Notes: a model not told the origin generated them from the sequence alone. A stretch of 64,000 nt of DNA from Antedon mediterranea (GCF_964355755.1 NC_092678.1:11778352-11842351), one strand, 5' to 3'. Counted from the first letter of the stretch, positions 1 to 14,200 are shown. A program made the numbers and translations.

Positions 1-2707
1 TCAGTTAGAGAAAAATAATGTGCAATAATCAATACAGTAGTCGATCCATTGTGGATAAGTAACGATATTTAATTTGATCCAGTATTATTAATGTTGCCTT
101 TTATCAGATATCACTGTATAATGTTAGTACAGTAACAATTTTAAAGGGGGGTTCCGGGTTTAAAATGAATAGTAAAAAATGTAAAATATGTCTCTTGAAC
201 GGTAAAAGTTTCAATTTATATAAGCGCCCAGTGAAGCAGAACGAAGGCTGTGATATGAGGCCAGATTACAAGTGCAGCTACAGCGATATAACACTGTGTT
301 ACAGAATAGGAAATTCGTGAAATGGTCAATCTTCCGACGACTCGTTATCATTAACCATATCAATTACTTTTGTAAAATTCTACTTATCTGATGTAATTTT
401 AGTCGGTCTTCCCATTTATAAAATCAATTTTCTATGAAAATTTATCAAAACTGTGAAAAATTAGATATGTTTGCACTTTACGTTTGCCGATTTTAGCACT
501 GACTTAGGGAAAGCCTTCAAAATCAATGAAGCGTAACGTATACATTCCTGCTGAGCGAGGAGAGCGAGACGACGATACACGTGCTCTCTCTGCCGGCCCA
601 TGCCTGGCATCGTCACGTGATAAGCAGATACAGTATACAATACCAAACTGGTCGGGTCGCGTATACCCCGTCTATAATCACAACATGAACGATGTACAGT
701 ATTTGATAGAAGGTCGACTCGACCTACCGGAATGGTAAGGATAATATAGCTCGAATGAGAGAGTTGGAATATTTGTAAACATAAGTATTGCTAATTTTAA
801 CAAGTGTAGCCTATAGTAAAAGGCCTGGTAGTATCAATTCGCATAGGGTCTACAGTATTACACTATAGCTAGCCCGGTCTATAATGATAGAATGATCTAA
901 AATAAGTTATTAATAAAACGAGTTAGTAAAGTAAATAAAATATTAAATGCCAGTTGACGAGTTAAAATTTAATTACTTTAAATCACAAAATACCTGCGTC
1001 AGCTCTAACTAAAAGTATTATGTCTCAGAATAGCCACTCTCTCAGGGAGGAATACATCAAGGTTACATAGTGTGTACTCCCACACTACTACTAGATATAA
1101 AAATATGTTTGATCCACATTCTATCATAATTTTTAATAAAAATCCAGGTCAAAATCGCTCTGGTCATACGATTTTGACCACCAAAAGTTGCTTAAACAAA
1201 ATGGCCAAAATCAGATGATGACCTTTTGAACTTAAATTGCACATTAGAGAATTGAGATAAAAATCCTGTTAAGTATAGGCAATTACAACATGGCTTAACC
1301 AAATCTATTCCTAGACCACAGACAGGCATCATGACGTACAGTACGACAACTTTGTTGTTCATAAACAACTAAATCACAAAGCATGAGAGTATTTGTAGAG
1401 TTAAATTGAATAATTGAAGAGTAGCCTTCTTTTGTTGAACAAGACCATTGTGTAAGATTGTGTGCTGGTACGCAAAGTTGCTTTGCATTACAATTGCCTT
1501 CAATATTGTCAATTCAGCCTATACACTGTTAGATCATACATCAGTGACATAGCACAATGCAGTACATTAAACCCTGAAAAATAGCACAGTTTGATTTTGG
1601 CTTGGCTACTGCAATTCTGATTTCTGTCACTGACGTTTATTTTGCAAATAATGTCAGTACCTACCATAAGTTTATAAAATTAATTCACTATTTATAGTAC
1701 TGCAGGTTCTCAACTTATACTTAAGTCTGTAATAAATAATTACTGCAGTACTGTATTACTGCAGTATTTTACACATCAAAGAGTCATTCTGTGGATACCC
1801 ATTTTTCTGAGTTTGCACAATATGATTTTCTTATTTGAAAGTATTGTACAGTAGTTGCTTGGTGCGTCATGAAAACAAAATGCAACCACACTGTTGTAAT
1901 TTATGTACAATCAGGGGAAACCCAGAAGCAGGACGGCGTGGTCATTGATTTTCCCACAATCATTGTGTTTTGCCAAGGGTTTCCAATCATAAGGACAAGT
2001 TTGATAATAGTTTTGTCATTTATTTCTGTAGTAAATCTCCATTTCCGTATATCCGTAATTGGGCGGAATTTCCATAGTAATTATGGACGTTCTGTAGTAC
2101 TACTTGAGAACTCTGTATCAATGCACATTCATTGTGAATAAGCAAACACAAAAACCACATGTAAATCGTGTCACTTTCTTTACATTACTTCAGTAATACA
2201 ATAGGCCTAAACTAAAGAAGTATCACATGGCTTTTGCTTTTTATGTTTTCATTAACTTCATTTTTCAATTAAATGTCAATATATGAGGGATGAATGATAA
2301 AATTGATACTGAATACTATATTTTCGTTTCGTTTCGATTTTTGTTACACATTTTTATTTTTTACATTCAACCAACTTTAATACATGCCTGTATTAACTGA
2401 GCTTTAAAAACCTCAAATTAATTTGTACTTGTTCATAAATGGTTCATGGATCATGCAAACTTGATTTGACAACAACATATTGATAGTCATCAACTTTCAT
2501 GCACTTTCTGGCAGTTTGTTTCATGTGACAACTTGGTTTTATAGTTTAAAAAAATGCTGCTATTGCAATATTTGTTAATGTTGTATAAATACATTAAAGA
2601 CGTTAAATTAAATTCTATATCGGCCTATTGCGATAATTTTGTTTAAATCTATAAACGGTAAAAATGTGAACTGTAAGTCAATTTTAATCATTTAATTTTA
2701 ACACTAA

Positions 2708-3789
2708 GGCCCTGTTCAGACCCATGGCGTTAGACCGTTTTAGCGTACGACGCTAAAAGAATGTGTGTCTGAACAGTTGGGGATTAGCGTACAACGCGTC
2801 GTACAACGGTTGTAGCGTTGTAGTGGAAAACGGTTGATAGTACCGTTTTAGCGTACGACGCTACTGTAAGTCAACGTTGTATCCAATCAGAACGTTTCCT
2901 GTTATGACGCGAAACAAGGTTTGACCTAGGCTGACATCTTGTATCGTCAATGTGTGAGATGGATTTCAATAACAAAAAGGCCAGAATAAATAAGGCCTAA
3001 CTACACTACAAATACAACTGTTACAAAGGCTACAAACTATTATCATTTGATTACCATTATATTTTCTAACAAATGACATAAATACACCTTGTATTTAAAC
3101 ATAGGGACTAGCTACGATCCCATCCGCTTTTAGGCCTAGCTAGGCCTAGAGCCATTTACGCATTTCATTCAAGCTAAAAACTAGCGTGGGACATCAAGTC
3201 ACTCATTCATACAAGGCAGACTAGACTGGACAAGTTTAATGCTGAAAACCCCCTAACTCCTAAAAAAATCAGTAAACAAACAAGGGGAGCTGTGTCCCTT
3301 TTATTAGCAAGTTAAGGGTTATTTTCAACCGACTGGACCAAAGAATATATATATCTTTGACTGGACTGGATAGACTAATCACAATCATATTTTTCTTCAT
3401 CATTACGATACGAGGCCTGCTTTATTTTCGTAACGCAAGAGCCTGGGGAGAATGTTTTTAACTACAAAATAAAAACAATAGAAACAGAAATTTGGCTTTA
3501 CTATATTTTTCTTAAATAAATGCTGAGGTATGTTTTATTTACGGCAAATTTTGTCATAATTGTAGGGCTGAGATCTAGGCCTATATACAGTGGAAATAAT
3601 GATGAAAACACGTGGGTAAAAGCACATGAATATGCAACTAGAAACAACCTGGATGACGTACTTCCGTTGTAACGATAATCGTACGCTATGGGTCTGAACA
3701 CCTCGTTTTTTTCTCTGCGGTTTGTAACGTGACCTTGATAGTAACGTTGTACGCTAAAACGGTCTAACGCCATGGGTCTGAACAGGGCC
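2708..3789. mobile_element. PIF/Harbinger-type MITE
   Basis: 41-bp perfect TIR GGCCCTGTTCAGACCCATGGCGTTAGACCGTTTTAGCGTAC at both ends; TAA TSD at 2705-2707 and 3790-3792; no transposase ORF. Confidence 0.9.
3339..3359. mobile_element. 21-bp palindromic micro-insertion with 7-bp TSD
   Basis: CAAAGAATATATATATCTTTG flanked by ACTGGAC at 3332-3338 and 3360-3366. Confidence 0.6.
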
Positions 3790-4676
3790 TAACTGTTTTG
3801 TACTGTATAGTTATAAAGGTATTTAAAATAATTGCACTCAAGAGATGCACTTAACAGCAGCAATGAATTGCAATAAAGGATGATGTATTATGACAGTATG
3901 TCCAGTAAACAGGCCAGTGACAGTGACACTAACAAATCAATAATTCATGAATACAATTATAGTAACTTGTATGTATATTTTCAAACAAAATTATTATGTT
4001 GATGTTCTATTCTTTTATATAGTTTAAATAGAATTAATATTACTATTGTTCTGTTTTTTAAGGAAAACATTTTTTTTCCATGTACTGATAGTTATTACTA
4101 AAGTGGAACAAACAAAGCTGATTGGATTTCATTCAGGTGCTAACATATTATAGTATCTAGCATTATAAAATTGATGCCTTTCCAAAGATCAAAGAGAATG
4201 ATCATCAGGTAAACACTATTTCACAAAAAGGTAATATTAGTAAAGCATGTTCATATAGTTGGGCCTTGAGTTGCTTTGAAATGAATGTTATTGTTTACTA
4301 GATGATCACAACGCAAAGTTTGGTAATATATAAATTGATGCACTGATTATACTTAAATAACATAGTATAAAACTAACTCCAAATAACGAGAGGCAATGAT
4401 TCAACGTATTTGGTAATATATAATGTGTTAAATGAGATCTAGAAGATCACTTTCTAATTTCAACTAAATCTTTGTTTTCAATCGTTTTGTACAATTTTGC
4501 AAATTAAACACATTTAAAATACTGAGCTACAATGTATGCAAAATAATGTATCAATCCAAGTCACTCAATATCAGAACTGATCATGGAGGTAGATAAGATC
4601 ACTAAGAATTATACTATACAATACAATTGTATTTAAATTAGTAGTGTGGAATAGTTGTATTAGGGAGTTTGGTCAG

Positions 4677-4949
4677 ATGTTTGCCCTACTCTGACTAATT
4701 TGTACTTTATACTATACAGTAGTACATTTAGAAAACTTTAAAAAATTAATAAAAGTAATTCTCAGGTGGGACTCAAACCCACAACCTCCAAATCACTAGC
4801 CTGGCATTCATACCACCTCAAGACCACCAAACTTGTGTTGATGGCTATGGATTAGATTTGAGTCCAAGTAAGCAGCAGGTACTGTCTCTGTAAGTGTTCT
4901 CAATGTCTTTAGTATAAAGTACAACATTATGTCACAGTAGGGCAAACAT
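4677..4949 (-). mobile_element. Interspersed repeat: tRNA-like core inside ~38-bp inverted repeats
   Basis: ATGTTTGCCCTACTCTGAC..TTGTACTTTATACTA mirrored at 4910-4949; - strand core GGTGGTCTTGAGGTGGTATGAA..GGGTTTGAGTCCCACCTGAG resembles A/B boxes; partial second copy at ~48890-49025. Confidence 0.65.
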
Positions 4950-5647
4950 TCAAACAACAATGTATGTATACAGTGCTAGTAGGTATCTTCAAATAAAATG
5001 ATTGACAATTTATTCATAAGTATTGTTTAAAAAGAAAATGCAAATTAAAAATGAGCCTCATGAGGTATACAGTAAAAAATAGAGAGTAAAATTACATTCA
5101 CTAGCAAACAATACATGAAACCCAACATATTGTCACTCATCTCAAACAAATGAAAAAATGGATTTTGCAAGTACAGTATTTTACACATGGAATGGTTGAC
5201 ATGATTGGATTGAATATTTGTAGCACTAAACATAGCATGGATTTACCTAGTTTATAGTTAGATTTAGTTTTAGTTAGGCTGTGTATAGGGTTCCAGCATG
5301 GGAATGAAATTGATTGGTCATTTGAAAATCCGTCATGCATTACATTTTCATAAACTCATACAAAGTTTAACACCATTTCAATTAACTGGTAGGTTGGCGT
5401 AGTGGTGGTGTGGTGTCTCTGTGGGTCTATTAATTTTGTTGGTTTTATCAGGTTCGAAACTCTAGCCTTACAACTTCTTTTTTTCTTCTTTGTTTTTAAC
5501 AATCGTTAACATTGCCTAGAGAGATTGTGTTTTTGGGATGGACAGTTGAGTTCCACACGACTTCCACACTCCACAGTGATACAAATATTATCAATAGGCT
5601 ACCTGTAGGACTAGCGCTGACTCCAAACTTGTTCAGTAACTTATTGT

Positions 5648-6375
5648 GAATACCACACCTTAGAATTGGGCCTCATACAGTAAGTACTGGTATGTAAAAG
5701 AATCACATAAAAAGTAAGGAATAAATCCTTTAAATTGATGATTTTATAGACATGTTTCTCGCACACCGTTCGCGAATTTTGCATATACAAAGTTCAATAT
5801 TTTCGTTTCTATGGAGCGCCAAAAGAGAAGGTTAAAAACTCAGTGGAATGTGTGTACTTTTAATGCATCTATTTATGAAATAAATTATAATATTTATGAA
5901 ATACACGTTTTAATTTTTTTTTCAATAAAAAATGCTGTAACGTGTTACTGCTGTTTTCAAAGTACATTAACCGACCCTAAATCAGCATAACTAATTTAGA
6001 TCATTCAGGTATAAACCTACTGTACAGTACATCTTATGATGATGAGTTGGTTTTTATTTTTATTTTATAAAAGTAAACGAAAACCATGTACAGTATCAAC
6101 AGTAACATTTTAGTTGTATTGTCAAAATATATTGAAATTGAACGTAATTTTCACTAATAGATGCATTAAATATACGCATTCCATTTTTAGCTCTCTATTA
6201 TAGTTGCTCTTTTGCCGCTCCATAGAAACGTCAACATTGAACATGGAGTATGCAAAATGTACAAACAGTGTGCAAGACAAGTACACGTCTGTATAATTCA
6301 TCAATTTAAATGATTTATTTATTTCTCCATCGTAAAAGTACTTATGATGTCTAATTCTAAGGTGGTGTGGAATTC
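5648..6375. mobile_element. Old fold-back MITE with long imperfect inverted repeats
   Basis: CCACACCTTAGAATT / AATTCTAAGGTGGTGTGG ends, and internal CGTTTCTATGGAGCGCCAAAAGAG mirrored by CTCTTTTGCCGCTCCATAGAAACG. Confidence 0.65.
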
Positions 6376-6910
6376 AGGATATTGTCCCTTTGACTAATTC
6401 CAACAAAATTTTTACAAAAATCTTTTAAAAAAAAGTGGGTCATTTTGAAGTATCATAATAGATATTAACTTTCACCAAAAATGTGTTGAAAAAAAAATTA
6501 TTTAACTGAAATACAGACGTTTTTTTGTTCAAAAAATAACTTTGACTTCCAGTCAAAGTTTTCGATGAAAACATATCTCATATTGCATAATCATAAAACT
6601 TTCCTCGCGATCTGTGTAAAAACACCTTCTCAACCGTGACGAGTTGTAAACAATCCTAATTAGCATCATGCATAATGCATATTCGTGGTTTGAAATCTTT
6701 GTCAAATACTTTTGCTGTGACGATTTTCCAGACGAAATGTAATCAAACTACTGTAATTTACCTGTTAATTACGTAAACTTGATGTTTTTGGCTCGAATTT
6801 TCGACTTAAATTAAAGTGAATAACTTTAATATTACTTTGATATGGCCAATTCAAATTTACAATATCTTGACTTTCATTTTTTTGTGTTTCAAGGGACAAT
6901 ACATCTTTAA
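6376..6910. mobile_element. Degenerate MITE ending at TTAA
   Basis: GATATTGTCCCTT at left mirrored by AAGGGACAATACATCT-TTAA at right; related end at ~41413-41431. Confidence 0.45.
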
Positions 6911-7342
6911 CAAGTTTAGAGTCGAAATAAAAAACAGGTGCGAAAGGGAACTAGGCCTAGAGGAGGCCTAGCGCCGGACTAGCTAGAGAGGGCCTTTTAC
7001 TGTAGGTCCTACTACTACTAGCCTAACTAGTAGTAAATGTAGGCCAAGGTACTGTGTAATAACAATATTCTTAGGCTAGGCCTCTCTAGCCTAGGCCTAG
7101 AGTAGGCTGAGCCTATAAGCATATGCACTAGAAAGCGAGCTAGCTAGCCTACTACTACTCCTATCTAGCCTAGTACTAGCTAGGCTAGGCTAGTAGAGGC
7201 AAGGCCTTAAACCTTTTTAATTTTATTAATAATATTTTTAATATCCTTTTTTGGAACAAAATGCACCTTCAAATGAACAAAATCACTACTAATAGACATA
7301 CAAATACCAAGGAAAGCAAGTGAAGTATAGAACGAAAAACTT

Positions 7343-7505
7343 ACCAAAAAATTAGTTGTTGAATACAATGTCTCTTCCAACAACTTCCATAGTCACAGTA
7401 TAACCGTGTGTGTGTGTGTAGAGTGTAGTTGTGTGTCAATTAACTGATGATTACACCCGGAAGACGGAAACGACAATACCAATGATCACTGATTGTGCGC
7501 ATGCT
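7343..7505 (-). promoter_or_regulatory. Possible promoter and non-coding first exon of a leftward transcript
   Basis: - strand GTAAG donor (CTTAC at ~7340) next to clustered CCGGAAG (ETS-like), CCAAT and TGCGCATGC (NRF1-like) motifs at ~7457-7504; no convincing coding exons downstream. Confidence 0.3.
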
Positions 7506-8298
7506 CATTTTTGAAAGTTACACGACTGACCAGTCTTACATTAATAATTGAAAACGAGTTGTTTTTAAAATTAAATGTTATGCTTATACTTAATTATATT
7601 GAAATAACGAATTATGCCAAAAAAATTAATATAGCGAAGGGTCGAAAAATTAGTTCGTTTCCGCCATACCACGATCAAACCACCGTGATTTGGAAGGAAA
7701 ATATAAGAATACGATGTCTTTGTATTATTGTTTCATCAATTTTTGACCACATCTAAAATTACCGATTTATTTGTATCTATTCTTTTTGTATTCGTTGTAA
7801 ACATGTGGTGGTGTTGAATCAGCAAGTTAATCAACTTGTCTTGGTTTACACCTCTTTCTATAAATTAGGTCTATGGTAGGATAATCCCGGCATTTTGCAT
7901 TGACTTGCGGATAAAATAAGGCCGTAGTAGAAGCCTGCGTTTTCAAGAAAAAATGCAATAAGGCGTAACCACATTTTATGATATTATTAAACGCATTGGA
8001 ATTTGATACTGCGGTGAGAGATATCGGCCGATTACTGTAAGTATCGTTCTGTAGCTATTTTAGGAAAAAGCCGAATAATACGGCCTACTGTATTTGTGGC
8101 CACACTTATCCATGGTAACGTCGCAACAAATGATCTTGACTGGAAAACACGGATATTAAAACCAATCAACTGTCATCATATTATTTTTAGGCCTAAAAAA
8201 AGCAAACCGTCCCTCTCATTCATTTTGGAGCCTTATTGGAAACTTTAATTAGTCTACTTATGTAACGCCTCAATTAGCTAAAGCTTCTTACCATAAAC

Positions 8299-8320
8299 CA
8301 GGGAGTTGTACAACTCCCTG
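8299..8320. mobile_element. 22-bp perfect palindrome with 7-bp TSD
   Basis: CAGGGAGTTGTACAACTCCCTG flanked by CATAAAC at 8292-8298 and 8321-8327. Confidence 0.7.
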
Positions 8321-9269
8321 CATAAACTAACCAGGAGTGATTTGGTGACCACTAACATTGTTTACTATTGCATAATAAGTGTTTTTAGATTCTGTCTAGA
8401 TTTGATTGAACCTTAAAGTTTTTTATTTTTTATTTACTTATTCTGTTTGATGACAGCAAAGACGAAGAAACGGTTAAATTAAACATCCATTCATTGCCGC
8501 TTTTAAATTACTTTAAATATAGGCCTATGCGGTAAGGGTAAAATTCAAGATAATTACAAATTAATTAAAACAAAAATAATGGTAAATAATAATATAGGGT
8601 GATAAGCATTGTGATATGAATGCATTTGGTAGTTGGCATTATGATGAAATAAATAAATAGAAACTCTTGCCGAAAGAAATAAGGAATATTGAATTATTTT
8701 AATTGTTTGTACATAGTCCATGGCCTGTTTATGTTCTGTGTCTCGGTGGTGATTATGGTGGGTCGGGACTTCGAATTTTAGTTATAGCGCCACCTATATT
8801 TGTTAAACAAACAGAATAGAACTATCGACGAAGATAGAGGGGTATTGAAGTTAATCATCTACTTACACCAAATAATATCCTAAAATATCCATACAAGGTT
8901 ATAGAAGTAGAGGGCTGAGAAGAGAGTAGTTTTGTAAATTACCAGACTGCAGTGTAAAATTTCACCAGTAGTCAACAACTGTGGCAATCCAAACTTTTTA
9001 ATATTGTATTAGGAAAAAGACATCTTATTCTTAAATTATATAAATCCACTAATAATGTTATATTTAGGCTAGTAAATTGTAATAGGCATAGTGTCTTGTA
9101 ATCATGTGAACTGGGAGAAACCCTGAAATTTCACTTCAAATGCCAAAAACAACAGATTCTAACATCACATTAGACTTCAAGAATGTTGAGCATACCAGAC
9201 AGAGTTCATTTTCTTAGGCAGGACATGTCACTAGTAGTACCGGGCACTTTATCGAATGTCTGTCGTCGA

Positions 9270-9626
9270 ATCTCCCTAAGCAGCAAGTGCATTTGGAAGA
9301 CTGAAAGTCCCGATATGAAGCAAAAGAAATATACCAACAAATTAAAAATTAGATTATATAATACATTAATCGTTCCCATTGCCACGTACATATATGCATC
9401 AGAAACATGGACTCTAAAAACCAATGACAACAGAAAGATAAACACATTTGAAATGAGATGCTTAAGAGAAATACTCCTACTTGGTGTTACGCGTTGGAAC
9501 AGACTAAGAAATGAAGACATTAATGGACATAGATTAGGAATAAAAGAAACGATTGTCGAAATAGTTCAAAAGAAACAAATAAGCTGGTTCGGACATGTGA
9601 TTAGGCGCACTCCAAACACATGTTAG
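9270..9626 (+). mobile_element. RTE-type non-LTR retrotransposon, 3' fragment
   Basis: Translation KIRLYNTLIVPIATY..SETWTL..FEMRCLR..RLRNEDI..SWFGHVIRR is typical of the RTE region C-terminal to the RT. Confidence 0.85.
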
Positions 9627-11249
9627 CAGAAGTTACAAAACAAATGGTTTTTTTGTAAACTGTGTAAATGAATAGGTGTCATACTGGCTGATAATTAAAC
9701 TATATCATTTTGATACTGCGGTCCCCTGCGGTATCCTCTCACCATCCCAGCCACAATCAACAAACCTTAACTCCTCCCTGGACAGTTCAAATATAGTAAA
9801 CATGTCCTAGTACAATTTCAATCATAGGCTACTAGACAGGCAGCCCGGAGTCATTTGGTTAGATGAGCTAGGTACCAATATCTGACTATTTAAGTGTGTT
9901 GGGGGTCACTTGAAGTCAATGAAAATGGGAGTCTGCCGGGAACCCCTTGCTGCGTCTAGACCGGGGGACCCCAAAACGTGTTAAAAAAACGGCCCCGGTT
10001 AGATGACAGAGATACCACTTAATTTTACCACCATGGGATGCCCATTGGCATCCTTATACCAGTATCACAAACGACAGACTTTTTGTCTGCTGCAAAATGC
10101 CCGCCAGACCCCCCGAGGGAGGGCCTAAAATGGAGTTAGCATAGATGAGTGAGGTACCACTCAAAATTAATGCCAAATGAACAAGTTGTGTTCATACAAT
10201 ACTAAATGGATAACAACAGACTAATTGTCTGCTGCACCGCAAGTGCCAGACACCCTAAAGTTAGACTAGAGACCCTCCTTCCTCCAACTAGCCCAGCTTA
10301 GATATTGTAGATACCACCAGCAACCAATGTTATATGACTTAGCACATTGTAAGCAATACCAAATGACCTATTACAGACTATCTGTACACTGCTCTGGCCC
10401 TGGCAGACCCCTCTAAAGTTAGACTAGAGACCTCTTTTCTCAACTAGCCCAGCTTAGATATTGTAGATACCACCAACAACCAATGTTATATGATTTAGCA
10501 CTTTGTAAGCAATACGAAATTACCTATTACAAACTATCTGTACACTGCCTTGGCCCTGGCAGACCCCTCTAAAGTTAGACTGGAGACCCCATTTACTCCC
10601 AAGTATAGCCTACCTTAGATATTGTAGATACCACCAGCAGCAAAAAAAATGTTTAATTGAATCAAGTTTAACTTTAATCGAACTAACACAAAACAATTGA
10701 AAATATATCACATCAATGACGATGAAATGACCATTACCATTCTAAAGAAAAAAATAGTTTAAGAGTTTCAATTAAAACTTATATAAGCCAATAACAAGTA
10801 CGGATTTGGGTAAATTTAGCATTTAATTCCTTGCCTTTGGATGTCAAAGATACATTCGTCTTGGACCTACTTTAAGAGAAAGCTTAGTAATCACCTTAAT
10901 CAAATTCAGGATTGTAGTAACTTAATCTAAAGTGATTTGATTAATTAATAGTGGGTAATTTTAAATGCTGTATATTATAATCTTAATCCTGTATTCATAT
11001 TTATATATATATTTATATAGATGCGTTGAGGCTGCAAAAGTGCTCAATTGGAATCAAGAGCGAATATATATTTGTATAAAGTAGATGGAACACGGACGTC
11101 TAGTCTATTACACTGTGTTTCACGTTAAACGATCTTCAGATAAGACTGAACAATACCGTATCTCAATCGAAAAAAATATTAAAAAAAAAATTATATATAT
11201 ATAAGTTTTTTTATATAGTTTATTTATGTAGATATGTAGTACTGTATCT

Positions 11250-14200
11250 ATTAAAAAAGGTACTTGAACAAAAATGCTTGTCAACTCAATGAGATCCAAA
11301 TTGGCAATTGCCGCAAAATCCTCACTGAGTTTTGACGTTGAAATTCACTCTAGAACTAAGAAGTTAAAAAGAGAACTTCCTGCATCCGAGTTTCAAAACA
11401 AACTCAGGATTATTGCCAATGATTGCCGTAAGCAATCAACGGTAATGGCCTGAAGGGGACATCACAAATTTGGTCTACCTGCAGACTTAGTCATTTCAAC
11501 ACAAATGACTCTACCTTCGGATGACTTCAGTGCTTTTAGGAAACCCTGCAGAAGGTTCGTTGGGACTTATAACAAGAATCAGAGCAACACCTCAGATTCA
11601 GTTGTTAAAATTAATTGTCGACTTTCTAAAGGAGAGAAAAAACGTCTTTCCCGAGGACCTAAATTCTGCCCAAACCAAGGCAGGTCGGCGCACAACTATC
11701 TTTGGATATAGAGTCTTTCTCCAGAAGATTACGATTACGTGAATATTTTGCTGATTCAGACAGCAGTACCACGCAAAACGAAGGCAACGTTAACAAATTT
11801 AAACTATGTAGTTCCTGGAATCCACCTAAAATTGTTGTCCAGCTTTAGAAACATTTATCCAGGATGTACAAAACTAGGCCTACGACCCGAGTCCAGATAA
11901 ACGTGATAATCTCTCAAAAGAGAGGCAGGCCATTGCCAAATTGCGTCAGCGTAATGATATCATTAAACCCGCTGATAAAGGTTCTGCCATTGTTGCTATG
12001 GACATCAAATTTTATGAAGAGGAATCCTTAAGACAGCTAAACAATCCTCTTCATTATATATCGTAAACTTACAACGGATCCCACCCCGGAAATTGCGGAT
12101 AAGGTGGCCAAATCTGTTTTTGTGATGGTAAAAAACATTCCATCGATCCTAAGATTGGACTTCATTTGGTACAGGTCAATCCAGTTCCAGGCAGATTTTA
12201 TTTCCTACCTAAAATCCACAAAGCAGGCAATCCTGGTAGACCCATTATTTCGGGCAATGGCACTGCTACAGAAAAAATTTCTGAATATAGGGATGATTTA
12301 CTTCAGGGCCGTAGCCAGGATCTGTCAAGGGGGGGGTTCGGACACTAAATATTTGGGTCAACCCCCCCCCCCTCCCCCAGCCTGATGCGAAGCGAATTTT
12401 GTTAAATGACACCCCTAGATGGCCGGAAAAGACACTCTCGTGCAGCATGTTATTATAACCAATGAGCAAAAAGATCGTACTTTTTTCCTCCTCCTCAAAC
12501 ACGTCGATAATTTAAATGACGATAACTATTTGTTGCCGTATGTTAGATGCGCGTGCTCTGTGCGGAACCGCCGATTGTTTGATCATTTACTCCGTATTTT
12601 GTTTTGCGTTCAAGTTCAATGCGAACGTATATCTAGGAGCAGCCCCGAAAAAAGCAAACTGGGCGAATACAAATGCTATTTGCTAGCTCTATCTATAATA
12701 TTTATTTACAGAAATTTGTTGAGGAATATAAATATGTAAATAGGTAATATTGATACATTTTAGTACGTATCGGCTGGTGGTCTAGAAAAAAATAATCGGA
12801 TGCCATAATGTGAACTACAGTACTGTACTTGATACCATAGAATAGATATTATAGTGTAAAATATTAATATTCACTATAATCCTCTATGATACATTATACT
12901 TCATAGTCACACATAAATACTGATGTACGTCGGAAGGCTATATACTTTATGCATGCTGCCTGACTGCCAGTGATCTAAACAATTATAGGAGGTACGCAGT
13001 TTGTCTGGCGGTGTCCTTTGTACGAATCGTTCGTGCGCCAGCTCGCTATGAGACGCGTCAATATCATGTTACATGCAGGGACCAAACATTTATTTTTTAG
13101 GTTAAAATCGGCAATTCATTTGCAGCTTTTAGAAATTTACAGACACGTATCACTAGTTGACGCTCATACAGAGAAGAAGGTTCACGAACAAGTTTACGAA
13201 TTTTTCAATTTACAAACAACTTTTTGTACTGTGGGGCACGTATTTGGAGGATTTTTGGAGATGAGGGTGAGGTATTGGGCATGTCGGGGATGGGGGTTCG
13301 CAGTTGGTTATGGGGGGTTCGCTGTAAAGGGGGGGGGGGGGGGGTTTGCCCGAACCATAAAAACCCCCCCTGGCTACGGGCCTGTACTTAGACCATATGT
13401 GTGACTAATCTCCCTTCATACATTCAGGACTCCACGGACTTTATCCACAAAATTAACCAAATTCAAAATTAACATAATAATTCTGTTCTGGCTTCATTAG
13501 ATGTTTCATCATTGTATACTAATATCCCCCACGAAGAAGGAGCCGACGCATATATTTTAAATTACAAACAAATTACAGGCAAAACGCCTACTAAAGCTCA
13601 TTTATGAGAACTGGTCATGTAGATTTTAACCAACAACAATTTTTTTTTTGGAAATGACCATTACCTTCAAATTCATGGCACAGCGATGGGCACAAAAATG
13701 GCGCTATCCTTTGCAAATTTATTTATGCGACAATTTGAGGCCAAATTTCTGTCCCTCCAACCTAATAAACCACTTTTTTGGTTTTATTTATTTATTCAAG
13801 ATCCAACAGTGTAAAGAAAAAACAGGATCGCCATAAAATATATATAGATACATTGACGACATCTTCATGATCTGGACCCATGGTGAAGATAATTTGGAAT
13901 TTTTTTCTTCTCAATATTAATTCAGCCCACCAAACTATCAAATTTACAGCTACCAAATCCACTAGTAGCGTTGATTTTTTGGACACTATAGTGACCATAG
14001 AAAATGGTACACTCAAAACTGACCTATTCCGTAAACCCACTGATAAAAATATGTACCTGCTCCCTAGCAGTTGTCATCCCCAACACTGTACTAAAAACAT
14101 ACCGAACAGTAAAGCATTACGTATCAGGCGTATCTGTTCTTCAGATTTAGATTTTCAGAATCGTACCGAAGAACTAACCGGACATCTCCGGAATAGAAAT

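Noticed and set aside
141-1000. TTAA-type element starting TTAAAGGGGGGTTCC
   Set aside because: No matching right TIR found, so boundaries cannot be supported.
4762-4828. Functional tRNA gene
   Set aside because: Degenerate arms, part of a repeated element; treated as a tRNA-derived repeat.
1330-5340. Coding exons of a leftward gene (e.g. ORF 5045-5233, acceptor near 1573)
   Set aside because: Stops in all frames after the acceptor, no recognisable domain and no phase-consistent chain.
12419-13404. 106-aa and 128-aa ORFs as transposase
   Set aside because: No DDE or zinc-finger motifs; chance ORFs within a MITE.
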